A DNA stretch of 64,000 nucleotides from a virus: IMG/VR virus record IMGVR_UViG_3300034108_000811, positions 5,660 through 69,659 of that record. The stretch is one strand, 5' to 3'. The position numbers were made by a program, and so were the translations under genes. Below the pieces are notes generated by a model. The model saw nothing but the letters and a program-made list of their open reading frames with translations. It did no database searches and was not told the DNA's origin. Positions 27,773 to 38,500 of this stretch are shown here, one piece after another; position 1 is the first letter of the stretch; every line of letters starts with the position of its first letter.

Positions 27773-29842
27773 TTACGTATATTGTAAATAAATATCACCA
27801 TCAACACCACCAGAAGGAGCTGCTGTTCCAGATGTAATTATCTTGTTAGCTCCTACACTATTGAAGCTTATTGTTCTTGCAACAGAACCATCAAATGTAC
27901 TTGTAGGAGCATCTCCTGTTCCAGCAGAGCTGAATGTCAATGGGTTAGTGGTTACACCACCACCTGCACCAGAAGTACCACTTGATCCTGAGGTTCCTGC
28001 TCCGCTAGTTCCACTTGTACCTGTTAAACCACTAGAGCCGCTAGTTCCTGCTGTTCCATTAACGCCACTAAGTCCTGATGTACCAGCAGTTCCTGATACA
28101 CCACTAGTTCCAGTAGCTCCACTACTACCACTTGTACCGTTTATTCCAGATGTACCTGAGCTACCAACAGCACCATTTGCCCCACTAGTTCCACTTGAAC
28201 CTGAAGCTCCAGAAGTACCAGATGTGCCAGAAGGAGTTGATGTAATAATAAATAATACATCGTGGTTATTTGGAAAAGAAAATGTAGAGGTTCCTAATGT
28301 AACATTAAGTGTCCAATATGTAGTGAAGTCTGTTTTGGAGGTGACTGTCCAAGTTTGATATTGGAGGTGGTTATTTTTATCTTGAATTGTTATCAATGAA
28401 CCATTTGGAATATTTGATAAGAATATGTCAAGGTTGTTACTAAGATCATCTGTATCACTTATATTTAACTGAGTGGCACTTGCTTGTGTGGCATTGTTCC
28501 AAATTATAAATCCAGATCCTGGGTTACCACTTGTAATAGTGGTTTTTGCTCTATAGTTAAAGAATGAGTTAGAAGACCCACTAGTTCCTGAACTACCTGT
28601 ACTACCAGATGACCCACTACTACCAGACACTCCTGATGTTCCTGAAACTCCTGATGTACCATTTACACCAGATGTACCATTTACGCCACTTGTTCCATTG
28701 GCTCCATTAACACCTGACGTACCGTTTATTCCACTTGTACCACTTACACCCCCTGAACCTGATGTTCCACTAGTTCCACCTCCACCTGATATACTCACTC
28801 TAGCTACACCACCACCAAGGTTGGTCACTGTAGCACCAACAAAGGATAATTGTGATACACTATTTACAGTGGTTGTACCATCTGTAGCTGATAGGGCTGT
28901 ACCTGTACCAGAGCTTCCTGATGTTCCATTAGCTCCACTTGTGCCAGATGTACCAGCACCACCGCTAGTTCCATTAATACCACTAGTTCCACTTGTACCA
29001 GTGCCACCATTAACACCACTAGAGCCACTTGAGCCACTAACACCTGAACTACCTGATGTGCCACTAACACCACTTGTTCCGTTAGAACCATTGATTCCTG
29101 ATGTACCATTAAGTCCACTAGTGCCATTAGCCCCAGATGTTCCAGAGCTTCCTGTAGCACCGCTTGTACCAGTAGCACCAGAAGTTCCTGAGCTACCACT
29201 AGTTCCGTTGACACCAGAAGTGCCATTAATTCCTGAGGTGCCTGATGTTCCACCACCACCTCCTCCAGTGCCTGATGTGCCTGAAGATCCACTAACACCA
29301 CTTGAACCAGAAGTGCCAACACCAGATGTACCACTAGAGCCATTTGCTCCTGCAGCCCCTGATGTACCACTAGATCCACTAGCTCCGCTAGAGCCTGTAG
29401 CACCAGATGTTCCACTTGTTCCTGTTCCTCCACTTGTTCCTGAACTACCATTTACGCCTGATGTTCCAGAAGAACCTGTAGAACCACTAGAGCCTGATGT
29501 GCCATTAGAACCTCCTGCTGCACCACTAGTACCAGAGCTACCACTTGCTCCACTAGAGCCCGTTGCTCCAGAACTACCACTAGTACCTGATGTACCAGTT
29601 CCTCCTGTACCTCCACCGCCCCCAGCAGCAAATGTAGCTTCTATCTTTTCAATAACCACTTGAAGGTTATCATTATTGTTGATTTTTGTATAAACAAGAT
29701 TGGGCCCTTCATAGAACACACATTTTGCATCTAATATGACAGGGCATGGATTTGCACCACAAACAGGGTTTGTGCTACAATGAGAAGGGGGAGCAGCACA
29801 ACCTGCTGTCCCATATGGTAGTATAGATGGAAGTACGTTCAT
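27773..29842 (-). CDS. Collagen-like (Gly-X-Y; GTS/GSS/GVN) fibre protein
   Basis: Long G-every-third-residue runs, Cys-rich N-terminus, C-terminal SGTAAPSGGVDGDIYLQY. Confidence 0.85.
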   Translation of the reverse strand: MNVLPSILPYGTAGCAAPPSHCSTNPVCGANPCPVILDAKCVFYEGPNLVYTKINNNDNLQVVIEKIEATFAAGGGGGTGGTGTSGTSGSSGATGSSGASGSSGTSGAAGGSNGTSGSSGSTGSSGTSGVNGSSGTSGGTGTSGTSGATGSSGASGSSGTSGAAGANGSSGTSGVGTSGSSGVSGSSGTSGTGGGGGGTSGTSGINGTSGVNGTSGSSGTSGATGTSGATGSSGTSGANGTSGLNGTSGINGSNGTSGVSGTSGSSGVSGSSGSSGVNGGTGTSGTSGINGTSGGAGTSGTSGANGTSGSSGTGTALSATDGTTTVNSVSQLSFVGATVTNLGGGVARVSISGGGGTSGTSGSGGVSGTSGINGTSGVNGANGTSGVNGTSGVNGTSGVSGTSGVSGSSGSSGSTGSSGTSGSSNSFFNYRAKTTITSGNPGSGFIIWNNATQASATQLNISDTDDLSNNLDIFLSNIPNGSLITIQDKNNHLQYQTWTVTSKTDFTTYWTLNVTLGTSTFSFPNNHDVLFIITSTPSGTSGTSGASGSSGTSGANGAVGSSGTSGINGTSGSSGATGTSGVSGTAGTSGLSGVNGTAGTSGSSGLTGTSGTSGAGTSGSSGTSGAGGGVTTNPLTFSSAGTGDAPTSTFDGSVARTISFNSVGANKIITSGTAAPSGGVDGDIYLQYT
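27960..29630 (-). repeat. Degenerate 9-nt (Gly-Thr-Ser) coding repeats in two main blocks (about 27960-28240 and 28575-29630)
   Basis: Recurrent ccactagtt/cctgatgta/ccagaagta units with synonymous variation. Confidence 0.85.
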
Positions 29843-30237
29843 TAATACACTATTTTTAAGAATTCGCCTGTACGATAGGTTTGACCAACTGTAAGACCAG
29901 CAGCTATAGCAGCTGCATTGTTTGCATATTCAGGAGCTCCTGTTGGTTCTGTAGATAGAAGAATTCTCCAGTCTGTAGCACCTGTGCCTTTTGTTTGAGC
30001 GTAATACAGGTTTTTGTTTCCTGATGTTCTAACGTAGAGTTGTCCTAAATATAGAGAAGAAACTGCAGGAACAGCTGTTCCAGAGATGGGAACTAGATTG
30101 GTATCAATCTTTTGAAAAGCCACTTGAACAGAGTCAAGAGGGCTAATCTGTGTGTTTGGCAATAAGGTTCCATTGTACAGAATACATAGAGCGTTCTCAT
30201 AAGTGGAACATGTAGGGCAAATTTGTGCGGTTCTCAT
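29842..30237 (-). CDS. Putative virion protein sharing the Cys-rich N-domain of the fibre
   Basis: CPTC...CILYNG; C-terminal YANNAAAIAAGLTVGQTYRTG; promoter TAATTTTG (- strand, 30243-30250). Confidence 0.65.
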   Translation of the reverse strand: MRTAQICPTCSTYENALCILYNGTLLPNTQISPLDSVQVAFQKIDTNLVPISGTAVPAVSSLYLGQLYVRTSGNKNLYYAQTKGTGATDWRILLSTEPTGAPEYANNAAAIAAGLTVGQTYRTGEFLKIVY

Positions 30238-30307
30238 ATAGGCAAAATTAGTTGTTATAAATAGATTTACAATGGGTTATTAATAGAAATATGGTATAAT
30301 ATAGCTA

Positions 30308-33300
30308 TCATCGTATTCCTGATTGAGATTGAACTTTTATACCTAAATCTTTGGCTAAGTCTGGTAAAAACATAGGAATGTAGGTTTGTCCAACATTTGA
30401 AACAGGAAAGGTTTTCATTAGATATTTTATAGGATAGGCTTTCTTTTGCATTTCTTCATCACCAATAGCCATTCCATACATTTCTTTAGAGAAGTTGTTA
30501 ATCAATTTTGTATAGTTGGTAATTAATGTCATGGAAGGAAATATTCCTCTAGAAATCAATCCTTGAATACTTGTTGGGTCATAGAAATACATCAACTCAT
30601 CTCTTAGTTTATCAGTGGCTCTGAGTAAAAACTTATATTGATTTTTAACTACAGGGTCTTCATCATCATCTGGTTCATATGCTTTAAGCGCTAAGAACAA
30701 AGACATTAGTGTTAAAAGAAACACAGTGTCAACCATTTGAGCTTTGATATTAGATCTAACAAGTTCAATAAATTGAGCTTCATCCATTTTTAAATCTTTC
30801 CCTGTTTCTTCTTTGTATTTTTTAGACTTTTCTTCATATAGGGTTTTAATCTTATCTATCATTTTTTTATCGTTTCCAAAGATTGCACCTTTTAAACTAC
30901 CAAGGGATTTAAGTGTATCTTTAGATAAATATGCAAAAATAGTCCTTGTTCTTCCCCACTCATAAGCATCTGAACCAGAGTTGTATTTTAAATCTCCAAA
31001 TCTAACATCCACTTGACGAGGAATCCAACCCTTGAAAACCATAAAAGATTTTCCATATATATTGAGATTGATAAGACGATTATCATCCTCAGATAGATTA
31101 CCTAATGCATCTTTAGTTAAAGCTTGTACCTTTCTTCTTATATCTACAACACTTTCTGATTTTCTTTCTACCCCAGGTATAACAAGTTTACCATCTTCTA
31201 TCTTGCTGAGTTTTAACACTCCTTTTTCCTCAATAAGTTTTTTTACGTCTTCTTCAAATTCCTCATCAAGCTTTTTTCTTTCTTCAACACCAACATTAAA
31301 TCTATTAGCATACTTTTCTAAGTTTCTCACCTCTTCTCTAGCATTTTTAATAACACCATCTTCTACAATTGTGTTCTTAAGAAACGACCAAAAGTTAGTA
31401 ACTTGTACAGCTACATCAGAATTTCTCATAAGACCCATTATAAACTCTTGTACATTCTCCTGACTTAACTGATTGATAGACAGCTTCTTAGCAAGCTGTT
31501 TAGTTTGGTCTTCTGTTAAAGGAAGAAAATAATCTAGAGCAGCAATATACTTATCTCTATTTTCTCCACCCATCATTTTATTTTGGAAAATCCATGTACT
31601 AGAAGCTACAAAATCACTTTTTGTAAACCATTTTCCAGAATTAATAATAGATTGAGCACTACCACCAAAAAGGTTTGATAGAGCAGAAAGAGGGTTTAGT
31701 CCAAGTGTGATTAGCTGAAAGTTATTGTTAATATTGTTTATCACTTTGTTTAAACTTATTTGTCTTTCTGACATGTTTTCATCAAACAATTTAACTCCAA
31801 GCTTATCATTAATTTTCTTTCCCCAATCACCCATTTTACCAAGAAGAACATCAAAGGTTTCACTTTCTAGAAACTTCTGACCATAGAGAATAGCACTTGT
31901 CATATCTTCTATAATCTGGGTGTTTGTAGTGTTATCTCTTGTGTATTCTGTTTCGCCATTAGGTTTAACACGAGTTTTGCCCCACCAAGTGGTAGCTATT
32001 GCCTTTTTGTTTTTCTCTAAGTTGATGAGAGCTCTAGCTTGATATTCAACATCACTAAGATATTTGAATCTTAGAGCCATTTCATTATATAAAGCCATTG
32101 TACGGAAAAGATCTACACTCACTTCTCCTTCAATCTCTGATGTAAAATACTTAGGAATCTTTTGAACAGGTCTACCTGTTTTGAAGTCTAATTTACCCAT
32201 TCCAACATCTCCCTGGTCAACGCTAATGCTTCTTAAGAATTGCTCTCCTAATGATATTTTTCCTCCAATAAACAGTTTTTCAGAAAGTTCTTTTCTCACC
32301 CAAGGAAGAAACACCCTAGTTTCAGCTTTTGATAAATAGCCAAACTCAGCATATTCTTCATTCTTTTTCTTTATATAGTTATAGAACTCTAGAGCTGGAG
32401 CATTTTCAGGTTTATTTAGTTCTTTCCATTCTGGAGATTCCCATTTCTTATTAGGAAACTTTTTAATGTCTTTGTACAATAACCATCCTACAGAGTCAAT
32501 ATAACTAATGTTATATAAATCATTCACCTTATTCTTTTCAAACACTATCTTTGCACGAATTTTAGTGTTAATAGGTTCATTTTCAGGAGTTTCTGCAAGA
32601 AGAATATTCTCAGGCTTGTTTTCTATTCTTAAATGTTCTTTTTCTATCTGTTCTTTTAGATAGGCAGCATAAGCCTCTTTATCAATATTTTCTGAAATCC
32701 ATTTAATATCCTTTTCATCTATCTTCTTTTTTAATGTAGAATAAAATTCAGGAGAATATTCATCAATAAGTTCATTCTTATCAGACAAACTCTCTGTATA
32801 TCTATCCTCAATCTTCTGCAAAGCTTCTTTATATCCTTCAGCAGAAAGATTGTTCTTGTTTTTTTCTAGTTCTGCTATATCATTTTTACGTCTTTCTTCT
32901 CCTTGTTTCTTATAAACCTCTGGCTTTTTTCTAATTATATCAAAGTAGTTACTAAGTTTCAATCCCTTAGATCTAGCCCATTTATCATATCTCTCCTTTA
33001 TTCCAGATAGTATAGAAGTTTCATCTGTTGCATCTGCTTTTGCATAGAACAGAGCTCTGTTAATTTTCTTATATAAAGCTTCTACAGACTTAATTTGCAT
33101 TACAGATGTACTTGAAAACCATTTACCTAGTCCTCTAATTGATCTTTCTGCATTTTTAACTCCTGTAACTCTTTCTTTACCAGCAACAATATCGTTTGTA
33201 AAATTTTCATCCACTTCTTCTAATTCTGATAATAGCATACGAGCCTCATCTACAGAATCTCTCAATTCTTGTTTAAGTGCTTTGTCTTCTTCAGAAAGCT

Positions 33301-35596
33301 CACCACTTCCTATAAATAAGGATTTTAATTCAATATCAAGTTCTGTATAAAGAGTTAAGGAATAAATAGCGTTTTCAACATCACTAGAAAAGTCATTAAT
33401 CACTTTTTCCCATTCTAATCCTGAGAAAGATGTTGGGTCTTTATCTTTAAATTTGCTATTATATTGCTCAATAATAAATCTTACATTTTTGTTATATATA
33501 CCAGCTTGTTCTATAAGAGGTGCTATATTCTGTCTCATTTGAAGCTGCCTGATAGCAAAGAATAAAGCATTCAATTGTTCTGCCTTGCTTTGTTTTTCAG
33601 AAGGAAGAGCCTTCTTTTCAGATATTCCTTTATATATATTGTTAAGTTTTTCAAGAAGTTTATCTATCTTTTTGTTTCCAGTGGGCTCCCTTTCAATTCC
33701 TACAGGAAGTAAATAAGGGTCTAAAATGTTCTTAGTTTCAACATCTCCAATAGACACTCCTAATAGTTGAGGATATATTTTGTTTAGAGCGTCTCCTTTA
33801 GAATAAGTGGCTATGATTGGAATCATTCTTGCTTGTTCAATGTTTTCAGGCTTCACTCCATACATTCTTGAAAGAATGTTTATGTATGCATCCATTTGTT
33901 GTTGCCAAGCATTAATCTTATACCAAGGAATATCACTAGTTTGTTGATACTCATTTAAGCCCATGAATTTCCAGTCAAGAACTGAAATTTGTCCTGTTGG
34001 ACGTATGGCAATAAAATCCACTGTACCTGCTAATCCATTGGCTGTCTTGCTATTATAAATAATTGTTTCAGAAAGAAATCTAGTTTTTCCTCCACCAAGA
34101 TTGTTATTAAAATATAGAAGGCGTTGATAAAGATTTTCTTTTAATGTTTCATACATTGTTCTATCATCAGGATCAATCTGAGAAATATAGGTTGAATCAT
34201 CTAGAGGAACATCTCTTAAATATCCATCTTCATCTACAAATAGTTTAAACACCTCTTCAAAATCAGCATGTCCAGCTGTACCCTTTTCTTTCTTTAAATC
34301 ATTTACAGCTTTGGTCCATTCACTATCTGCTAAAGCTTTGTCTGAAAAAACCTGGTCATACCAACTCTTAACAAGATCTGTAACCCTGGGAATCTTTCTT
34401 CCAGTTGCTTTGTCAAAATAACCATCATCTCCTCTTTTATCAATAGTAAACTTAGAAGCTTTTAACAGGTCGTACAATCTATCTTGTTCAGATTTTTGAA
34501 GAAAATATTCTCCTTCTTCTTCTCTAATATCATCAGCTGTACCAAATTTCTTTCCAGATATAATATCAAATATAGCTTGGTCAAATCCTGATTTGGCAAA
34601 CAATGATGTAATATAATCCAATATTGTTTTCCACCAGCTCTGAACCTTTGCTAATAGCTCAGGTTTTTCTGTAAGACCCTCAGTCTTATTTATAATCTTC
34701 TCTACTAATAGTTTTGCAATAGCTTCTTCTTTAAGCTTTACAACATTAGGTTTTCCATCAATTTGATATTTTGGGTCATTGCCATATTGCTCAAACACCT
34801 CTGACTTAATTCTGTAATCATTAATCTCACTCATGAGCTTTTTATACAGAACAGGATTAGTTTGTTTTATAATAGCCACTACAAAGTGCATTGTTTCTTC
34901 AGGAAGAGCTGTATCTTCTTTTCCTTCAACCACTTGTACAATTCCTTCCATCACCTTTGCTATACCGTCGGAATCTAATTTCTTACCATTAACTACAATT
35001 TGTTTAACTCCTTCATAGTTAACTCCCATATTCTTTAACAAATCTTTAACTAAAGCAATCACTTTAGGTGATGCTGTAGAAGATGGCATTGTTTCTTTTT
35101 GTTCAAAAAGCTGACCAGGAGTGACAGTGGCTTTGTTTGGAGTTATTTCTACAACCTTTACTAATGGATTTTTAGTAGATTTTATAGTGAATAACGTGGG
35201 GTGTTTAGCTGCCAAATCTATCATCAATCTTAGATTGGGTTTAAACACTGTTTCTATTTGCTCTTGGTTATACACCAAGCTTCCTGTGCTAGTCCATCCT
35301 TTTGTAATAAAAACTGCATCTTTATGTTGGCTTATCACTCCCTTCAAAAGAGAAAGAATGGCTTCTTTTGATAAATTGGGGTTTTGCTCAAGAGCAAAGT
35401 TTACAACATTAAACATGTCTTTTTTATAAAACATCATCCATGTTTTAAACTCTTTTACAGAAGGATAGTAGAAATCATCAGATAGTCCCTTTACGTCAGA
35501 GGAATACTTTCTGACAAAAGTTTCAGCTAGTTTCTCTCCATATACACTGGAAAGCTTTTTGAATTCAGGATTGCTTTTATTTATGCAAACACTCAT
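30308..35596 (-). CDS. Large putative ejected virion protein with PD-(D/E)XK nuclease-like domain
   Basis: 1762 aa downstream of the vRNAP; KGTAGH...AGTVDFIAI...VLDWKF...QQQMDAY; degenerate zincin LPEETMH. Confidence 0.75.
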   Translation of the reverse strand: MSVCINKSNPEFKKLSSVYGEKLAETFVRKYSSDVKGLSDDFYYPSVKEFKTWMMFYKKDMFNVVNFALEQNPNLSKEAILSLLKGVISQHKDAVFITKGWTSTGSLVYNQEQIETVFKPNLRLMIDLAAKHPTLFTIKSTKNPLVKVVEITPNKATVTPGQLFEQKETMPSSTASPKVIALVKDLLKNMGVNYEGVKQIVVNGKKLDSDGIAKVMEGIVQVVEGKEDTALPEETMHFVVAIIKQTNPVLYKKLMSEINDYRIKSEVFEQYGNDPKYQIDGKPNVVKLKEEAIAKLLVEKIINKTEGLTEKPELLAKVQSWWKTILDYITSLFAKSGFDQAIFDIISGKKFGTADDIREEEGEYFLQKSEQDRLYDLLKASKFTIDKRGDDGYFDKATGRKIPRVTDLVKSWYDQVFSDKALADSEWTKAVNDLKKEKGTAGHADFEEVFKLFVDEDGYLRDVPLDDSTYISQIDPDDRTMYETLKENLYQRLLYFNNNLGGGKTRFLSETIIYNSKTANGLAGTVDFIAIRPTGQISVLDWKFMGLNEYQQTSDIPWYKINAWQQQMDAYINILSRMYGVKPENIEQARMIPIIATYSKGDALNKIYPQLLGVSIGDVETKNILDPYLLPVGIEREPTGNKKIDKLLEKLNNIYKGISEKKALPSEKQSKAEQLNALFFAIRQLQMRQNIAPLIEQAGIYNKNVRFIIEQYNSKFKDKDPTSFSGLEWEKVINDFSSDVENAIYSLTLYTELDIELKSLFIGSGELSEEDKALKQELRDSVDEARMLLSELEEVDENFTNDIVAGKERVTGVKNAERSIRGLGKWFSSTSVMQIKSVEALYKKINRALFYAKADATDETSILSGIKERYDKWARSKGLKLSNYFDIIRKKPEVYKKQGEERRKNDIAELEKNKNNLSAEGYKEALQKIEDRYTESLSDKNELIDEYSPEFYSTLKKKIDEKDIKWISENIDKEAYAAYLKEQIEKEHLRIENKPENILLAETPENEPINTKIRAKIVFEKNKVNDLYNISYIDSVGWLLYKDIKKFPNKKWESPEWKELNKPENAPALEFYNYIKKKNEEYAEFGYLSKAETRVFLPWVRKELSEKLFIGGKISLGEQFLRSISVDQGDVGMGKLDFKTGRPVQKIPKYFTSEIEGEVSVDLFRTMALYNEMALRFKYLSDVEYQARALINLEKNKKAIATTWWGKTRVKPNGETEYTRDNTTNTQIIEDMTSAILYGQKFLESETFDVLLGKMGDWGKKINDKLGVKLFDENMSERQISLNKVINNINNNFQLITLGLNPLSALSNLFGGSAQSIINSGKWFTKSDFVASSTWIFQNKMMGGENRDKYIAALDYFLPLTEDQTKQLAKKLSINQLSQENVQEFIMGLMRNSDVAVQVTNFWSFLKNTIVEDGVIKNAREEVRNLEKYANRFNVGVEERKKLDEEFEEDVKKLIEEKGVLKLSKIEDGKLVIPGVERKSESVVDIRRKVQALTKDALGNLSEDDNRLINLNIYGKSFMVFKGWIPRQVDVRFGDLKYNSGSDAYEWGRTRTIFAYLSKDTLKSLGSLKGAIFGNDKKMIDKIKTLYEEKSKKYKEETGKDLKMDEAQFIELVRSNIKAQMVDTVFLLTLMSLFLALKAYEPDDDEDPVVKNQYKFLLRATDKLRDELMYFYDPTSIQGLISRGIFPSMTLITNYTKLINNFSKEMYGMAIGDEEMQKKAYPIKYLMKTFPVSNVGQTYIPMFLPDLAKDLGIKVQSQSGIR

Positions 35597-38500
35597 AATC
35601 TACATTTTAACATTTCTATAAACTCTGATTCTTTTATATCAAATGGCACCTCTAACAGTTCATTTATAATATCTTCCATGCTTCCAAGCTTATCTCTATC
35701 TTCCTGTGATAAGGAGTTATAAAACTCACCAACAGTGATTGTTGGTGATGTGGCAGGAGCTCCTTGTTGAGAAGCTGGAAGAGGCGTGGAAGTTTCTGGT
35801 TGAGCAATATTGTTAACTTTATTGCTAATTTCAGAAGGCGTGATTTTAACATTTGCTGATTGAGGAAGAAGTATCACCTCTTTTGAACTTCTTGTAATAG
35901 CTGTATAATACCATCTTGCACTATTCCATTCAGGAGCTACATAGTTTTGATTTACAAACACCTTTTCCCATTGACTTCCTTGAGACTTATGACCTGTAAC
36001 AGCATATCCATAAGTACCTATTATTACAGAAGGACTTAATTTTACGCCTTTTATAGTTCTTATTGCCAATCCAGATGATTGTAATCCATCATATAATGAA
36101 GGATTGGTCTCTCTGATTGATTTTAGAATTTCAGCATGATACATACTTGGTCTATCAAGTGTAGAGAAAAAGAATAAAATTTCTGTTCTACCTATCTCTT
36201 TTGTTTTAACTTCATATGCTTTCATAGGATAGTTTTTAACAGTTCCATTCTTATCAGTGATTGAAATTGTTGTAGACAAATCTGCCCTTTCACTACCTAT
36301 AGAGTCTACAGTGAATGTTTCACCATTAGCAAAGTTTTCACTGTTTGCTACAGACATAACTTTCTCAGAATCAATAAGAATGGCTTTCTCTCCATCACCA
36401 AACTTTGCCATTCTAGCAACCTGGTTCATTATCATTCTTTCATTATTTGTAGCTACAATTCCTATAACATCTTCTCCATCAGCAATAGCTTTTCTAAAGC
36501 TTGATATAAACTCTCCCTTTCCTGATGAAAGTGTAAAGTCTTCCATTGAAACAGATGGTATATATGCTTTTTTATCTTCTCTAGTTAATGTAGCCATCTT
36601 TAAAACATTACTGTCTAAAGACTGTCTTTTCACCTCTGTAAGTTCTGTGCTACCAATCAATTTAGTTCCATAGTTTTCTTGAAACTTGCTAGACCCTTTT
36701 AGAGATGAGAATAATCCAGAGTCTTCTCCTATTTGTTCAAGTTGGAAACCATCTCCTAAGAAAATCACTATATTGTTTCTTCCCTTTGCAGCATTAATTA
36801 AGTCAGACATCAGCTCTTTAGAAATCATAGAAGACTCATCAATAATAATTAAGCTGTTTTCCAAAAGGGCTTTTGGAATCCATTCTCCTGTTTGAGGGTC
36901 AGGTTCTCCATAAATAGATCTATGAATTGTAGAAGTGTTTGCTTTGGCATCGCTTTCTTTGAGTTTTTCATTTAATACAACAACTGCTTTATTGGTAGGA
37001 GCCATGATTAAAACTGGTCTACCAGACATATTAGAATAATTAACCATGTTTTCTACAAGAGTGGTTTTACCTGTTCCTGCATATCCAGCAAGTAGATAGA
37101 AGCTTTGTGTAGAGTCATCAATTAATTTCTGTATATCCAAAAGAGCTTTAGTTTGTCCTGTTGTATATGATAGAGGATTTTTTCTAGTCTCAAATATAGT
37201 GGGTTTTTCATTACCAGCAACAGTTTGTCTACTATTCATATCTACTGTTGGAGCTATTGAAGCACTCCAAATACCAGAAGCATCTTCACGTATATATCCT
37301 TTAGAAGTAAGATAATTAGCCATATCTACTTCACCTATATTATACCCACTAGTATTATCTAGGTGAGCTTTAGTGTCCATAATAAAACGAGCACCAGTAG
37401 CAATAGCTTTATCAATTAGTTTATAAGGACCTTGTAAAACTCCATCTTTTACATTTATAAAACGATTACCACGATTTCCATTAGATGATACATAAATTAA
37501 ATCATCAGATGTGTAGTTACCTGTATTAGCCAATCCCACCTGAGTATAAGCATTCTCCATACGTTGGGTAGTAGAGTCATTACCTCCACCTGTACCAATA
37601 AATTGTGTAGCTTGACGAATCTTAAATAGCTCTTTAGGAAGATGTTTTTTGGCTGATTCTTTTACATAGCCAGGAGCTGTTACAATATCTTCTACAACTT
37701 TTGATGGTGCTTGTTCTGTTGGTTTTGTTGAAACTTCTACTAACTTATCAAAGTTTTCGTTAAACACAATGTTAGAAGGAATTGTTCCAGCAGAACTGAA
37801 CATATTTGCCATTTCTTGTCCTGTATATCCATTCAGATTTTTTTCAGAATAATCAGATACTAAAAACTTCTTGTCTGGATTTTGTTTGGCATATTCATAT
37901 AAGCCTTTTATCTCATTGATAATTTCTTGAGGAGTGCTAGACTTTTCTACGTCATAGTATTTTTTAGTTACAATACCATAAGATTTTCCCTGAAGTCCTC
38001 TAGGTTGTCCTTGTATTGCTCCAAATTTTTCTCTAGCTAACTTAGCAGATCCTGCTCCATGTGTAGGAGCACCTCCTTTAGAACTTCCTATGTTTGAACC
38101 AAATACAAATATTTCATTAGGCGCTAGGCTAACCACTCTACCTTTATATGTTTTTCTTTCTGAATTAGCTTTTTCACCAGTGGATGGTTGTGTAGATTCT
38201 TTAGGTGGCTGTAATAATGGAGGCTGTTTTCCAAGATAGTATTCAACTATACTACTATCAGGAATCTCAGTTTCCACTTTCACTGTTCCATTATCTATTA
38301 CAGACTTAGTAAATACTTCTTTGTGCTCCACAGTGTAAGGATTATCTCCATACAAATTTACTAATTTATATACATATATTGTGTCTCCTTTATCATTTTT
38401 ATATGTTAAAGGTTCGTCATTTACCATCACTTTCTTATATCCATAGACATCATTAAGACTTGGGTCTCCCTTTTGCTTCATTTCAGCAAAGCTTAACTTA

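Noticed and set aside
27960-29630. Repeats as a CRISPR array or non-coding satellite
   Set aside because: No constant repeat with unique spacers; variation is at synonymous codon positions of one ORF.
28698-29663. 321-aa Pro/Leu/Val-rich + strand ORF (also 27843-28358 and 28864-29451)
   Set aside because: Antisense or alternate-frame shadows of the Gly-Thr-Ser repeat.
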